DNA of 64,000 nucleotides, taken from assembly GCA_050281725.1 (NCBI GenBank), contig JBMAAL010000017.1, forward strand, positions 166-64,165, written 5' to 3'. The notes under the pieces are model-generated. The model did not search any database and was not told where the DNA came from. It worked only from the letters and a program-made list of their open reading frames with translations. This DNA comes from Sphingobacterium sp. (GTDB taxonomy: Bacteria > Bacteroidota > Bacteroidia > Sphingobacteriales > Sphingobacteriaceae). The position numbers and the translations under genes are program-made. Below are positions 19,822-30,233 of the stretch, piece by piece. Each line of letters starts with the position of its first letter. Positions within the stretch are counted from its first letter, which is position 1.

Positions 19822-22512
19822 TTGTCTTTAATTTTGAAGTCGTTAATCAACATTTTAACACTATTTATCATTCTTGCAATGAGCAATGCTAGCTTTGCTC
19901 AAAGTAATATTCCATTAAAACAGAACGGACTTCAAGGTAAAGATCCTATTTCGGCGACCAATAAATTGCCCGATACGAGTAAATCGAAAACTGCAGATAC
20001 GACCAAATCTGTAAACGATACAACCAAGAAAAAAGGAAGTGGCTTGCAGGCCGAAGTGAGTATTATTGCGGTTGACTCGCAGAAATCTGAAGTTGCCAAG
20101 AATATAAGCCACCTTTATCGCGGAGCAAAGGTAAAGTACCAAGATTTTGAACTTTCTGCCGATTATATCCGTCTTGATCGAAACAAGAAAAAGATTTTTG
20201 CTTCTGGGATCTACGACAAAACGGGTAAATATGTAGGACGCCCTATCGTCATCATGGGTAATGGTGAATCACCGAAAACAGTAGATTCACTCTACTACGA
20301 TTACGAAAAGCAAGAGGGAAATACCTACGGTATTATGACCGAAGTTGATGGTGGATTTATCCAGGCCAATATTGTTCGAAAGAATATCTACGACGAAATG
20401 TCGATATACAAGGGATTATATAGTACCTGTAATCTGCCCTATCCACATACCCATTTTGGTATTCATATCACCAAAGGAATTGTCACTAAAAACCAGATTA
20501 TTTCTGGTCCGGCCTATCTTGTGGTGATGGGTGTACCGATGCCTGTGGCATTTCCATTCGCGTTTTTCCCAAAACCAGACAAAAGAGCATCCGGATTTCT
20601 CTTCCCATCTTTTGGGGAAGATTACACCAGAGGGTTCTCCATGCGGGATATCGGTTGGTATTTGGCTTTCAACGATTACTGGGACAGTGAGATTAGAGGT
20701 TCCTTGTATTCAAAAGGTTCGTGGGAAGCTTCCATCAATACGCGCTATACCGTCAACTATAAATTTAACGGTGGTTTTAATATCCGTTACGCCAATACCA
20801 AAACAGGTATTGAAGGAACATCCAATTACGGCTCCAATAAGGATTTTAACGTCACATGGAACCATACCCAACGGCAGGAAGCCAATCCAGGAACATCTTT
20901 CTCTGCAAGTGTTAACTTTGGTACAAGTTCTTTCTTTCAAAATACCGGAACCGGAAGTACACAAAATACCTATGAAAATCTTGCCCGTAACCGTATGGGA
21001 TCGTCCATCAGTTATGGAAAAGTATTTGCCGATGGTAAGGTAAACCTCACGGCCAGCTTAACGCATAACCAGGATATGGCTACGCGTAGTATACAGATGA
21101 GCTTACCCAACATCAGCTTAAACGTATCCTCTTTCAATCCATTTGATAGCAAAGACCGTGTCGGTGAACAAAAATGGTATCAACGAATCAATGTCGGTTA
21201 TAGTTTCCAAGCACAAAACTCGGTCAGCACTATTGATACATTGTTATTTAAACCAGGAGGTTTCAAAAAATTCCAAAATGGTTTCCAACACAATATTCCA
21301 ATCAGTTTATCACTGAATGCTTTTAAATATTTTCAGTTCAACACCAGTGTAAATTATACCGAGCGTTGGTATTTGCAAAGCACTAGACAAAGCATCGACA
21401 ATACCGCGGCAGGTTATAAACAACGTATCGATACTGTTCAGGGATTCAATCGGGCGTACGATTATTCTGTTTCGACCGGACTTTCGACCAAGGTTTATGG
21501 TAATTATTTCCCTAAAATAGGTAACCTTAAGCAGATCAGACACGTCGTTACACCGTCAATCAACCTGAATTATAGACCCGATTTTTCGGATCCAAGATAT
21601 GGTTTCTATCAGCATTATAACGATCAATATGGAAACAGAAATGTATACTCAATCTTTAGTCAGGGTGTCTACGGTTCTCCTTCTGCAGGAAAATCTGCAG
21701 GGATAGGTTTTTCCATTGACAATAACATCGAAGCAAAGGTCAAAAGTAAATCCGATACCACAGATGGCGGTATGAAGAAAATCCCAATTCTTCAAGGTCT
21801 GACGTTCAGCGGAAATTACAACTTTGTTGCGGACTCCCTGAAGTTGTCGCCTATTACTTTCTCTGGCCGTACGGCTTTTTTCGACCAAAAGATGAATGTA
21901 AACTTCAACGGTACATTTGATCCCTATTCGGTCAATGAAAATGGTGTCCGCGTCAATCGCTATGCCATTAAAGACGGTAGCCTTGCTCGTCTGACAAACT
22001 TTGGTCTTTCCTTTGACTATAGTCTGAATCCTAAGGCTGCGAAATCACGTAATAACAATATCGATTCTTTAAGAAAAGAAATGTCTGGAGCAGGCATGAC
22101 TCCTGAGCAAGCACAGGCCTTGGCTCGAATCAGCTCAGATCCAAACGCATTTGTGGACTTTAATATCCCATGGAACCTTGCGGCATCGTTCAGTTTCAAT
22201 ATGGCAAAATCGTTCAACTCCAGTACACGAAGAATGCAGAGCCAGATCACAAGCACATTGAATTTACATGGCGACTTCAGTGTTACACCAAAATGGAAAG
22301 TCACCTTTCAATCGGGATACGATTTCAAACAGAAGGAAGTGGTCATGACCTCTTTCAATATCTATCGCGATCTCCATTGTTGGGATATGTCATTTGGCTG
22401 GATGCCTTTTGGGCGGTTCCGAAGCTACAACGTTACCATTCGTGCCAAGGCATCGATCTTACAAGATCTTAAGCTCACCAAAAGAGCCAGTTCAGGAGGC
22501 AGTTATTTTTAA
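19822..22512 (+). CDS. putative LPS-assembly protein LptD-like outer membrane protein
   Basis: 896 aa, TTG start giving a signal peptide (LFIILAMSNASFAQ), an OstA-like N-terminal part and a long beta-barrel-like body ending in aromatic residues (GGSYF). Divergent from the amidase. Confidence 0.7.
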   Translation: MSLILKSLINILTLFIILAMSNASFAQSNIPLKQNGLQGKDPISATNKLPDTSKSKTADTTKSVNDTTKKKGSGLQAEVSIIAVDSQKSEVAKNISHLYRGAKVKYQDFELSADYIRLDRNKKKIFASGIYDKTGKYVGRPIVIMGNGESPKTVDSLYYDYEKQEGNTYGIMTEVDGGFIQANIVRKNIYDEMSIYKGLYSTCNLPYPHTHFGIHITKGIVTKNQIISGPAYLVVMGVPMPVAFPFAFFPKPDKRASGFLFPSFGEDYTRGFSMRDIGWYLAFNDYWDSEIRGSLYSKGSWEASINTRYTVNYKFNGGFNIRYANTKTGIEGTSNYGSNKDFNVTWNHTQRQEANPGTSFSASVNFGTSSFFQNTGTGSTQNTYENLARNRMGSSISYGKVFADGKVNLTASLTHNQDMATRSIQMSLPNISLNVSSFNPFDSKDRVGEQKWYQRINVGYSFQAQNSVSTIDTLLFKPGGFKKFQNGFQHNIPISLSLNAFKYFQFNTSVNYTERWYLQSTRQSIDNTAAGYKQRIDTVQGFNRAYDYSVSTGLSTKVYGNYFPKIGNLKQIRHVVTPSINLNYRPDFSDPRYGFYQHYNDQYGNRNVYSIFSQGVYGSPSAGKSAGIGFSIDNNIEAKVKSKSDTTDGGMKKIPILQGLTFSGNYNFVADSLKLSPITFSGRTAFFDQKMNVNFNGTFDPYSVNENGVRVNRYAIKDGSLARLTNFGLSFDYSLNPKAAKSRNNNIDSLRKEMSGAGMTPEQAQALARISSDPNAFVDFNIPWNLAASFSFNMAKSFNSSTRRMQSQITSTLNLHGDFSVTPKWKVTFQSGYDFKQKEVVMTSFNIYRDLHCWDMSFGWMPFGRFRSYNVTIRAKASILQDLKLTKRASSGGSYF

Positions 22513-22531
22513 AATAACTGCTTTTTTTTTT
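22499..22531 (+). terminator. intrinsic terminator overlapping the LptD-like stop codon
   Basis: GCAGTTATTTT/AAAATAACTGC stem followed by T10. Confidence 0.75.
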
Positions 22532-22789
22532 GAAATGCTATATTCATAGTGGTCAAAAAGAATCTTTAGTTTCTTTTCAGAAAACTTCTTTCATCAAATA
22601 CAGATTTAACATTTCGTTGAGTCGCAATTTTATGTAAGTTTATATCCCGAATCTTCCGGTATTGAATTTTCATTTTTTAGGCGCTAGCGCATGGACATTT
22701 TAACACCAGAAGATTGAGAAAATTCAACACGATACATACCCAAATATGTATTTTTCAAAGTAGGGATGTGTCGCATAATTATTTTAAAG

Positions 22790-24046
22790 ATGAAAGCAGA
22801 GATTATTACCATAGGCGATGAGATCCTCATTGGTCAGATCATTGACACCAATTCGGGCTGGATTGCCAAGCAACTGCTCCAATTCGAAGTCGATATCGTT
22901 CAAATGACATCGATCCCTGATACAGAAGAGGCTATTTCAACGACATTGAAAGAGGCCTCAACTCGGGCAGATCTTATTTTAATCACAGGCGGGCTAGGTC
23001 CGACGAAAGATGATGTGACAAAAAAAACGGCCGCAGCATATTTTGGAACCACCTTGATCCGCAATGAGCATGTACTTCGGCATGTGACCAACATATTTGA
23101 ATCGCGCAATCTAAAGATGCTCGACATCAATCTACAGCAGGCCGATGTTTTGGCAAATTGTAAGGTTCTATTTAACGACTATGGCACCGCGCCCGGCATG
23201 CTGGTCCATCAGGACCAAAAGAGGTTTATTTTTATGCCTGGCGTGCCCTTTGAGATGAAATTTCTGATGGAAAAACATGTGCTGCCCTTATTAGCCAAAC
23301 AGGATCCTGACTTATTTATCTGTCACGAGACCATTTTGGTTGGCGGAATCGGAGAATCTTATTTGGCAGAAGAAATAAAGGATATCGAAGCAGAACTTCC
23401 TTCAAGCATAAAATTGGCCTATCTACCAACCTTGGCCTTTATCCGATTGAGACTCTCCGGTAAAAGCAGGAATAAATCTGACATTATGCTCCAGGTTGCC
23501 CTTTTTAAAACAAAGCTACTCCGTCGTTTACAACACTATGTCATCGCGGACTATGACACAAGCATCGAGCCCTATCTGATTAAAGAGCTTGGCCGCCGAG
23601 GTGCTACATTGACTACCGCAGAAAGTTGTACCGGGGGTAGCCTCGCCGCTTCAATAACCGCTGTAGCAGGAAGCAGCACGATATTCCTTGGTGGTACCAT
23701 CCCCTACTCCAACGCGTTAAAACAACAATTGTTGAACGTCGAGGAAGAAACACTAATCCAATATGGAGCAGTAAGTGAGCAGACTGCTATCGAAATGGCT
23801 TCCGGTTCAAAAAAGGCATTTTCATCGGACTATGCTATTGCGACAACTGGAATAGCGGGGCCAGGTGGTGGAACAGCTGAGAAACCAGTTGGCACTATTT
23901 GGGTGGCTGTTGCCGGAAAAAAAGAAATTTTAACCAAGAAGTTTCAATTTGATAACGACAGACTGATCAACATCGAACGTACCCGTATGAATGCTTTATT
24001 ACTTCTATGGAAGTTGCTTGTAAAAGAAAAAGAACAGGACACATAA
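22790..24046 (+). CDS. cinA: competence/damage-inducible protein CinA (NMN amidohydrolase)
   Basis: MoCF-type N-terminal domain (MKAEIITIGDEILIGQIIDTNS, ITGGLGPTKDD) and a CinA C-terminal domain (TTAESCTGG). The ATG at 22790 is preferred. Confidence 0.9.
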   Translation: MKAEIITIGDEILIGQIIDTNSGWIAKQLLQFEVDIVQMTSIPDTEEAISTTLKEASTRADLILITGGLGPTKDDVTKKTAAAYFGTTLIRNEHVLRHVTNIFESRNLKMLDINLQQADVLANCKVLFNDYGTAPGMLVHQDQKRFIFMPGVPFEMKFLMEKHVLPLLAKQDPDLFICHETILVGGIGESYLAEEIKDIEAELPSSIKLAYLPTLAFIRLRLSGKSRNKSDIMLQVALFKTKLLRRLQHYVIADYDTSIEPYLIKELGRRGATLTTAESCTGGSLAASITAVAGSSTIFLGGTIPYSNALKQQLLNVEEETLIQYGAVSEQTAIEMASGSKKAFSSDYAIATTGIAGPGGGTAEKPVGTIWVAVAGKKEILTKKFQFDNDRLINIERTRMNALLLLWKLLVKEKEQDT

Positions 24047-24161
24047 TAAAGTAAAATAATATTTTAAAAAACACGTTATTTAAGGAATAATATTTTAAAT
24101 TGTTGAAAGTAAACCACAATTTATTTAACTTCGTTTTTCTATAACGAGATTGCTAAAAAAT

Positions 24162-25523
24162 ATGGCTTTATATAAACTCTTGCTCCCAAAAATGGGAGAA
24201 AGTGTATCCGAGGCAACAATCACAAAATGGTTAAAACAACCTGGTGACCTGATTGATGAAGATGACACTTTATTGGAAATTGCAACTGACAAAGTTGATT
24301 CAGAGGTACCTTCCCCTGTAAAAGGTATTTTAAAAGAGCATTGCTATACCGTAGACCAGACTGTCCAAGTTGGTGAAGTCGTTGCAATTATAGAAATTGA
24401 AGGCGAAAATGAAGAACCTGCGATTCAACCGCAAGAAAATATAGCCCCTTCACCGGCAACTCCCGAAGAGATCATAGAATTGAACATCCCAGGTGTAGAC
24501 CAGCTACCAAATGTAGCGGCTGAAATTTCATCTTCTTCATACGAAAATACCCTTCGTTTCTATTCACCTTTAGTGAAGAATATCGCACGCCACGAAGGAT
24601 TGTCCCAGGATGAACTTGACCGTATCCAGGGTACGGGAGCAGAGGGAAGAGTGACTAAAGAAGATATTTTAACTTATGTATCGCATCGGGATTCATCCTC
24701 AAAACCGACAAAGGCCATTCCGGCAGAGCAGACGAACACTAGCACGGGCATGGGTACGGAATCTCCGAAAATAACCTACACCGCTCCGTCGCATGTTCAC
24801 ACTGTGGCCAATGGCAGTGATGAAATCATTGAAATGGACCGTATGCGCAGGTTGATTGCAGACCATATGGTCAAAAGCGTACAAACCTCTCCCCATGTAT
24901 GTTCTTTTGTTGAGGCAGATGTTACCAATTTAGTTTTGTGGCGCAATAAGGTTAAAGATGCCTATAAAAAACGCGAGGGAGAAAACATCACGTTTACCCC
25001 TTTGTTTATCGAGGCTATTAGCAAGGCACTCAAAGATTTTCCATTGGTCAATATCTCGATCGACGGTTACAATATCATCAAGAAGAAAAACATCAATATT
25101 GGTATGGCGGCAGCATTGCCCAATGGGAATCTCATCGTTCCGGTGATCAAAAATGCTGATCAATTAAGCTTAGTAGGGTTGAGCAAAAGTGTCAACGACC
25201 TCGCACAACGGTCACGGGCGAATAAATTGAAGCCTGACGATACCCAAGATGGTACATTTACATTCACCAATATCGGCGCTTTCGGTAATATTATGGGAAC
25301 ACCGATCATTAACCAACCGCAAGCTGCAATCTTGGCCGTCGGTACAATTACGAAAAAACCAGCGGTCATAGAAACAGAGTATGGTGATATGATTGGTATT
25401 AGACATATGATGTATCTGTCACTCTCTTACGATCACCGTGCAATCGATGGTGCCCTCGGAGGTACCTTCTTAAAACGTGTGGCGGACTACCTGGAAAATT
25501 GGGATAGCAATAGAGTAATCTAG
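24162..25523 (+). CDS. 2-oxoacid dehydrogenase E2 (dihydrolipoamide acyltransferase)
   Basis: Lipoyl domain (LLEIATDKVDSEVPSP), an E3-binding segment (SPLVKNIARHEGL) and the catalytic DHRAIDG motif. Confidence 0.9.
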   Translation: MALYKLLLPKMGESVSEATITKWLKQPGDLIDEDDTLLEIATDKVDSEVPSPVKGILKEHCYTVDQTVQVGEVVAIIEIEGENEEPAIQPQENIAPSPATPEEIIELNIPGVDQLPNVAAEISSSSYENTLRFYSPLVKNIARHEGLSQDELDRIQGTGAEGRVTKEDILTYVSHRDSSSKPTKAIPAEQTNTSTGMGTESPKITYTAPSHVHTVANGSDEIIEMDRMRRLIADHMVKSVQTSPHVCSFVEADVTNLVLWRNKVKDAYKKREGENITFTPLFIEAISKALKDFPLVNISIDGYNIIKKKNINIGMAAALPNGNLIVPVIKNADQLSLVGLSKSVNDLAQRSRANKLKPDDTQDGTFTFTNIGAFGNIMGTPIINQPQAAILAVGTITKKPAVIETEYGDMIGIRHMMYLSLSYDHRAIDGALGGTFLKRVADYLENWDSNRVI

Positions 25524-25536
25524 CAATCAGAATAAC

Positions 25537-25566
25537 AAAAAAAGGCTCTTAACAGAGCCTTTTTTT
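25537..25566. terminator. bidirectional intrinsic terminator
   Basis: AAAAAAAGGCTCT-TAAC-AGAGCCTTTTTTT between E2 (+) and MATE (-). Confidence 0.8.
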
Positions 25567-25588
25567 GTTATTTACTATATACTTTTTG

Positions 25589-26965
25589 TTACTTAAACAT
25601 ACTTTGTTCGAACTGTATTTTCTTTTTCTTAATCACCAATTGAAACCGCAGATACAGTAAAAGCGAAGAGCTTAGCAAGCCCAGCGTTAACCCATACCAA
25701 ATCCCCTTGATACCCCAATTAAACACGACGCCCATGAGATAGCCGCTTGGTAGCCCTATAATCCAATAAGCAATAAATGTGATTAGGGTTGGAATATTCA
25801 CATCCCCCATTCCACGTAATACCCCCAGACCGACAACTTGCGTACCATCAAACAATTGGAAAAGGCCCGCAATAATCAACAGCTGGGAAGCAATAATCAC
25901 CACAGCATGATCTGAGGTAAAGATATAAGGCAGATAATTATTCAACAGCGCGAACAAAGACGCTGTAATCACCATAAAGATCAACACCAATTGATACGAA
26001 GTGATGGCAAATCGTTCAAGACGAAAAAGATTTCGATTACCATAACTATTCCCCACCTTGATTGTTGCAGCAGCAGCGATACCACTCGCCATCATATACG
26101 TCATCGCGGCCAGCTGTATGGCTACTTGATGAGAAGCTTGCGCTGTCGCACTTATGGTACCCGCTAATAAGGATGCCCCTGCAAAAGCCCCAATTTCAAA
26201 GACATATTGCATAGCCACGGGTGCCCCGATCCGTACGATCTTCAGCAATCGCTCCCGATCGACCAATGTCACTTTAAAGTATTGAATATATCCTTTAAAT
26301 TTCTGCGATCGCAAGACATAGGTCATCATCACAGACATCATTAACACACGGTCGATCAATGTACTGTATCCGACTCCCTTGACCCCCATTGGGCTGATGC
26401 CAAACATCCCTTTGACAAAGATGATCGCCAAAATAATATTCAATACATTCCCCCAAATAGTTACATTCATCGCTTGCTTTGTAAATCCCAGGCCTTCAGC
26501 AAATTGCTTAAAGGTGCTAAATACCATCAATGGAAGCATCGATAAACTCAGAATAAGCAGATAAGGCTTTGCCTCCTTCACCACAGCCGGATCTTGGTTG
26601 AGGTGATCGATAGCCAACATAGAACCAAAGTAGACTAAAGCGAATAACAAGAGTCCTGCGATAATATTTAACCAAAAGCTATTAGACAACAAAATGGCAC
26701 ATTCTTTTTTATTATCACGGCCATTCTCTTGCGCAATCAATGGCGTGATGCCATACGCAATCCCCAAACCAATGACCATAACAACCATAAAAACAGCATG
26801 TACCAACGAAACTGCCGCCAATGGAATGGTCCCTGCAAAATGTCCAACAATCACACTATCTGCGGTATGCACCAGTGTATGTCCCAATTGTGAGATCACT
26901 ACTGGCCCCGCCAATACCATCGTACTTTTGTAATACGGTTTAAATGTTTTAAATTTTCCCAACAT
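25589..26965 (-). CDS. MATE family efflux transporter
   Basis: 458 aa, about 12 TM helices, with internal duplication typical of MatE. Confidence 0.88.
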   Translation of the reverse strand: MLGKFKTFKPYYKSTMVLAGPVVISQLGHTLVHTADSVIVGHFAGTIPLAAVSLVHAVFMVVMVIGLGIAYGITPLIAQENGRDNKKECAILLSNSFWLNIIAGLLLFALVYFGSMLAIDHLNQDPAVVKEAKPYLLILSLSMLPLMVFSTFKQFAEGLGFTKQAMNVTIWGNVLNIILAIIFVKGMFGISPMGVKGVGYSTLIDRVLMMSVMMTYVLRSQKFKGYIQYFKVTLVDRERLLKIVRIGAPVAMQYVFEIGAFAGASLLAGTISATAQASHQVAIQLAAMTYMMASGIAAAATIKVGNSYGNRNLFRLERFAITSYQLVLIFMVITASLFALLNNYLPYIFTSDHAVVIIASQLLIIAGLFQLFDGTQVVGLGVLRGMGDVNIPTLITFIAYWIIGLPSGYLMGVVFNWGIKGIWYGLTLGLLSSSLLLYLRFQLVIKKKKIQFEQSMFK

Positions 26966-27127
26966 AATCGATTTCCCAAAAAAATAGCCACAAAAATACG
27001 AAGATATTTCCGCCCTATCGTCATATTATAAAATATTTAGCAAAAATATAACAATTTATACCCATCAAATAACCGCACTTTGTTAAGTAATTTTTATGTT
27101 TCAAATACCTTAAAATTATCTTAAATT

Positions 27128-27135
27128 TACTTTTG
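27128..27135 (+). promoter_or_regulatory. candidate -7 promoter box for tatA
   Basis: TACTTTTG matches TAnnTTTG, 71 nt upstream of the ATG. Motif-only call. Confidence 0.3.
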
Positions 27136-27206
27136 GGTCTAAGAACTATAGAAATATAAATGTACCTTAGCATCTAGTTAGTAATCAAAAGAAGAGGAAA
27201 AAGAGT

Positions 27207-27728
27207 ATGTACAATCCAGTAATAGCATTTCTAAACATCGGAACACAAGAGATGATCTTAATTGTGTTTGCAATCTTGTTACTTTTTGGAGGCAAAAAAC
27301 TTCCTGAATTGGCGAGAGGTTTAGGAAGAGGAATACGTGAGTTCAAAGATGCATCAGAAGGTATCAAACGTGAAATTTCAGATCAAATCAATAATTTCGA
27401 GAAAGACATAAACGTTAAAACAGAAATAAAAGAAGAAGCTGTTCCTAATGATGTGCGTTTAGCTGAAGAGAAGGCTCAAGCAGCACACGAAGAAGAGGTT
27501 AAACCACAGGAAACCGTAGAAGGTTCAGAAACAGAGCAGCCCAAGAAAAAATATGAATTCACAACACCTGCCGGTGTCGTTGAACATAATCCACATAAAC
27601 AACCCGATTACGGCGAAGAGCCATCTCACATCACGTACGGGTATAACGATCATTTTGCTGAAACTAAAAACAACGAGGTAGAAGATAAAAAAGTTCCTGA
27701 GCAGGACAATACCAATAAACCTGCTTAA
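27207..27728 (+). CDS. tatA: twin-arginine translocase TatA/TatE subunit with long acidic tail
   Basis: The core (ILIVFAILLLFGGKKLPELARGLGRGIREFKDA) is canonical TatA. About 120 further residues are Glu/Lys/Pro-rich. Confidence 0.85.
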   Translation: MYNPVIAFLNIGTQEMILIVFAILLLFGGKKLPELARGLGRGIREFKDASEGIKREISDQINNFEKDINVKTEIKEEAVPNDVRLAEEKAQAAHEEEVKPQETVEGSETEQPKKKYEFTTPAGVVEHNPHKQPDYGEEPSHITYGYNDHFAETKNNEVEDKKVPEQDNTNKPA

Positions 27729-27761
27729 TTTTACTACTTTAGTTTATAATTAGATATACTT

Positions 27762-27797
27762 AGAGCTGTTGAATGGTGATTCAACAGCTCTACTTTT
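27762..27797 (+). terminator. intrinsic terminator after tatA
   Basis: AGAGCTGTTGAA-TGGTGA-TTCAACAGCTCT (12-bp stem), then ACTTTTT. Confidence 0.7.
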
Positions 27798-27813
27798 TAA
27801 GATTAAACCGACA

Positions 27814-30051
27814 ATGAGCTTATCAACACACGAAATTACCATTGCTAACGAGCTTTCTATTAGCGAAAAACAAATTCGCACAACTATAGCACTATTAGAC
27901 GAAGGTGCTACTGTTCCGTTTATCTCACGCTACCGTAAGGAAATGACGGGTAGTTTGGACGAAGTTCAAATCACCACTATCAGAGATCGTTTCCAGCAGC
28001 TGCGCGATTTAGATAAACGTAAAGAAGCTGTTCTTAAATCGATCAACGATCAGGGGAAATTGACACCGGAGCTTGAGCAGCAGCTTTTGGGTGCCGAAAC
28101 CATGGCCAGTCTCGAGGATATCTATTTGCCTTACAAACCCAAGCGTAAAACTCGCGCCAGTGTGGCACGTGAAAAAGGTCTGCAACCTTTAGCGGATCTT
28201 ATTTTAGCGCAAAAAACAGGAGATTTCCTCGCCCTTGCCGACAGTTTAATAGATGAAGAAAAAGGTGTAAAGAATACAGAGGAGGCACTAGCAGGTGCCC
28301 GCGATATCATCGCAGAGGTCATTGCGGAAGATGCGACAGTGAGAGCCAAAGCGAGGGCGATATTCCTCGAAAAAAGCACATTTGTTTCAAGGGTAGTTCC
28401 TGGAAAGGAAGAAGCTGCACTAAAGTATAAAGATTATTACGAATGGTCTGAACCGTTGAAAGATGCACCTTCACATCGTGTGCTGGCCATGCGTCGCGGA
28501 GAAAAAGAGGAATTACTCTATTTAGATATCGATATCAATGAAGAAGAAATTCTACCAGGTATCGAATCCATCTATATTAAGGGTGCCAACAATGCTGCAG
28601 CTCAGGTAAAACTCGCCTTGGTCGATAGCTACAAGCGTCTGTTAAAACCTTCCATGGAGACGGAAATTCGTGTATTGACACGTCAAAAAGCCGATGAAGA
28701 AGCCATCAAAGTTTTTGCCGACAATGTGCGTCAACTACTTCTAGCCGCTCCACTAGGGCAGAAAAGGCTGCTTGCGATCGACCCCGGATTTCGTACAGGT
28801 TGTAAAACGGTTGTTCTGGACGAACAAGGACAGCTCAAAGAAAATACGGCTATCTTTCCGCATACAGGTGCCAATGGACTAGCAGAAGCAAAAAAGACAA
28901 TTCAGTATTTAGTCTCAAAATACGATATCCAAGCCATCGCAATCGGCAATGGAACCGCCGGCCGTGAAACGGAAGAATTTGTACGGAAACTCGGATTAAA
29001 TAACGTTACCATCGTAATGGTCAATGAAAGTGGAGCCTCTATTTATTCAGCTTCCGAAACTGCCCGTGAAGAATTTCCAGATCAAGATGTTACGGTACGC
29101 GGTGCCGTATCTATTGGTAGACGATTGATGGATCCATTGGCTGAGCTGGTTAAAATCGATCCAAAATCGATCGGTGTCGGACAATATCAGCATGATGTGG
29201 ATCAGAATAAACTCCAGACTTCATTGGATGATACCGTCATCAGTTGCGTAAATGCTGTCGGCGTCGAATTGAATACGGCCTCCAAACAAATTTTATCGTA
29301 CGTTTCCGGTCTTGGTCCATCCCTGGCACAACAGATCATCAAATACCGGAATGAGAACGGTCCTTTTGCCTCCAGGCGCGAACTGAAAAAAGTACCCCGT
29401 CTTGGCGATAAAGCCTTTGAACAAGCTGCAGGCTTTCTACGCATCCGCCATGCCGCAAACCCATTGGATTCGTCGGCGGTACACCCCGAGCGTTATGCAT
29501 TGGTCGAACAAATGGCCAAAGACCTTGGCAAAAAAGTAGAAGATCTATTGACAGATGCTGACTTAAGGAAATCTATTCCCTTAAAAAATTATATCTCAGA
29601 GGAAGTTGGATTACCGACATTGAATGATATTCTCAATGAATTAGCGAAACCCGGATTAGATCCAAGGGAAAAGTTCGAAGCATTCTCATTCACGGAAGGC
29701 GTCAATACCATTGGGGATTTAAGAGTGGGTATGAAGCTGCCAGGAATCGTGACGAATATTACAAATTTCGGAGCCTTTGTTGATATTGGCGTACATCAAG
29801 ATGGCTTAGTACATCTAAGCCAATTATCGAATCGCTATATATCAGATCCCCATGAAGTCGTCAAAGTACAGCAACACGTCATGGTAACAGTAACAGAAGT
29901 AGACGAAAAGCGTAGTCGCATCGCATTATCAATGAAAACAGATGAAAAGCCCGCGCTACCTAAAAGCAAAAAAAATGATCCTAAAAAGCAGGCCGAGCCA
30001 CAAACGGATATGGCCAGCAAGCTCGCTGCATTGGCGAGTAAGTTCAAATAG
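27814..30051 (+). CDS. tex: Tex-like S1 RNA-binding transcription accessory protein
   Basis: GATVPFISRYRKEMTGSLDE, a YqgF/RuvC-like core (LAIDPGFRTGCK), an HhH region and a C-terminal S1 domain (GIVTNITNFGAFVDIGVHQDGLVHLSQL). The ATG at 27814 matches the family N-terminus. Confidence 0.93.
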   Translation: MSLSTHEITIANELSISEKQIRTTIALLDEGATVPFISRYRKEMTGSLDEVQITTIRDRFQQLRDLDKRKEAVLKSINDQGKLTPELEQQLLGAETMASLEDIYLPYKPKRKTRASVAREKGLQPLADLILAQKTGDFLALADSLIDEEKGVKNTEEALAGARDIIAEVIAEDATVRAKARAIFLEKSTFVSRVVPGKEEAALKYKDYYEWSEPLKDAPSHRVLAMRRGEKEELLYLDIDINEEEILPGIESIYIKGANNAAAQVKLALVDSYKRLLKPSMETEIRVLTRQKADEEAIKVFADNVRQLLLAAPLGQKRLLAIDPGFRTGCKTVVLDEQGQLKENTAIFPHTGANGLAEAKKTIQYLVSKYDIQAIAIGNGTAGRETEEFVRKLGLNNVTIVMVNESGASIYSASETAREEFPDQDVTVRGAVSIGRRLMDPLAELVKIDPKSIGVGQYQHDVDQNKLQTSLDDTVISCVNAVGVELNTASKQILSYVSGLGPSLAQQIIKYRNENGPFASRRELKKVPRLGDKAFEQAAGFLRIRHAANPLDSSAVHPERYALVEQMAKDLGKKVEDLLTDADLRKSIPLKNYISEEVGLPTLNDILNELAKPGLDPREKFEAFSFTEGVNTIGDLRVGMKLPGIVTNITNFGAFVDIGVHQDGLVHLSQLSNRYISDPHEVVKVQQHVMVTVTEVDEKRSRIALSMKTDEKPALPKSKKNDPKKQAEPQTDMASKLAALASKFK

Positions 30052-30233
30052 ATAAATTTAACTTCGCATCGGAAAGCTGATCGTTCGCTGGACTGCCCCT
30101 CATAAAAGTGCTTAACATTTTTGGAGGTACTGCGGCGACTGGTCAGCTTTTTTTGATTCGATTAAATCCAATGTCCGTCATTCGTGTCGCTGTTTTATTT
30201 TGTATCTTTAGAGGAAACAAGTTTAGACCCGTT

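Noticed and set aside
20531-21043. 170-aa ORF in an alternative plus frame inside the LptD-like gene
   Set aside because: It is fully nested in a much longer ORF with coherent outer-membrane-protein features. Its translation is low-complexity with no motif, so it is a likely frame artefact.
24055-24099. 14-nt direct repeat AATAATATTTTAAA, two copies 31 nt apart, upstream of the E2 gene
   Set aside because: It is a pure A/T low-complexity sequence in an AT-rich spacer, so chance repetition is plausible and nothing else supports a function.
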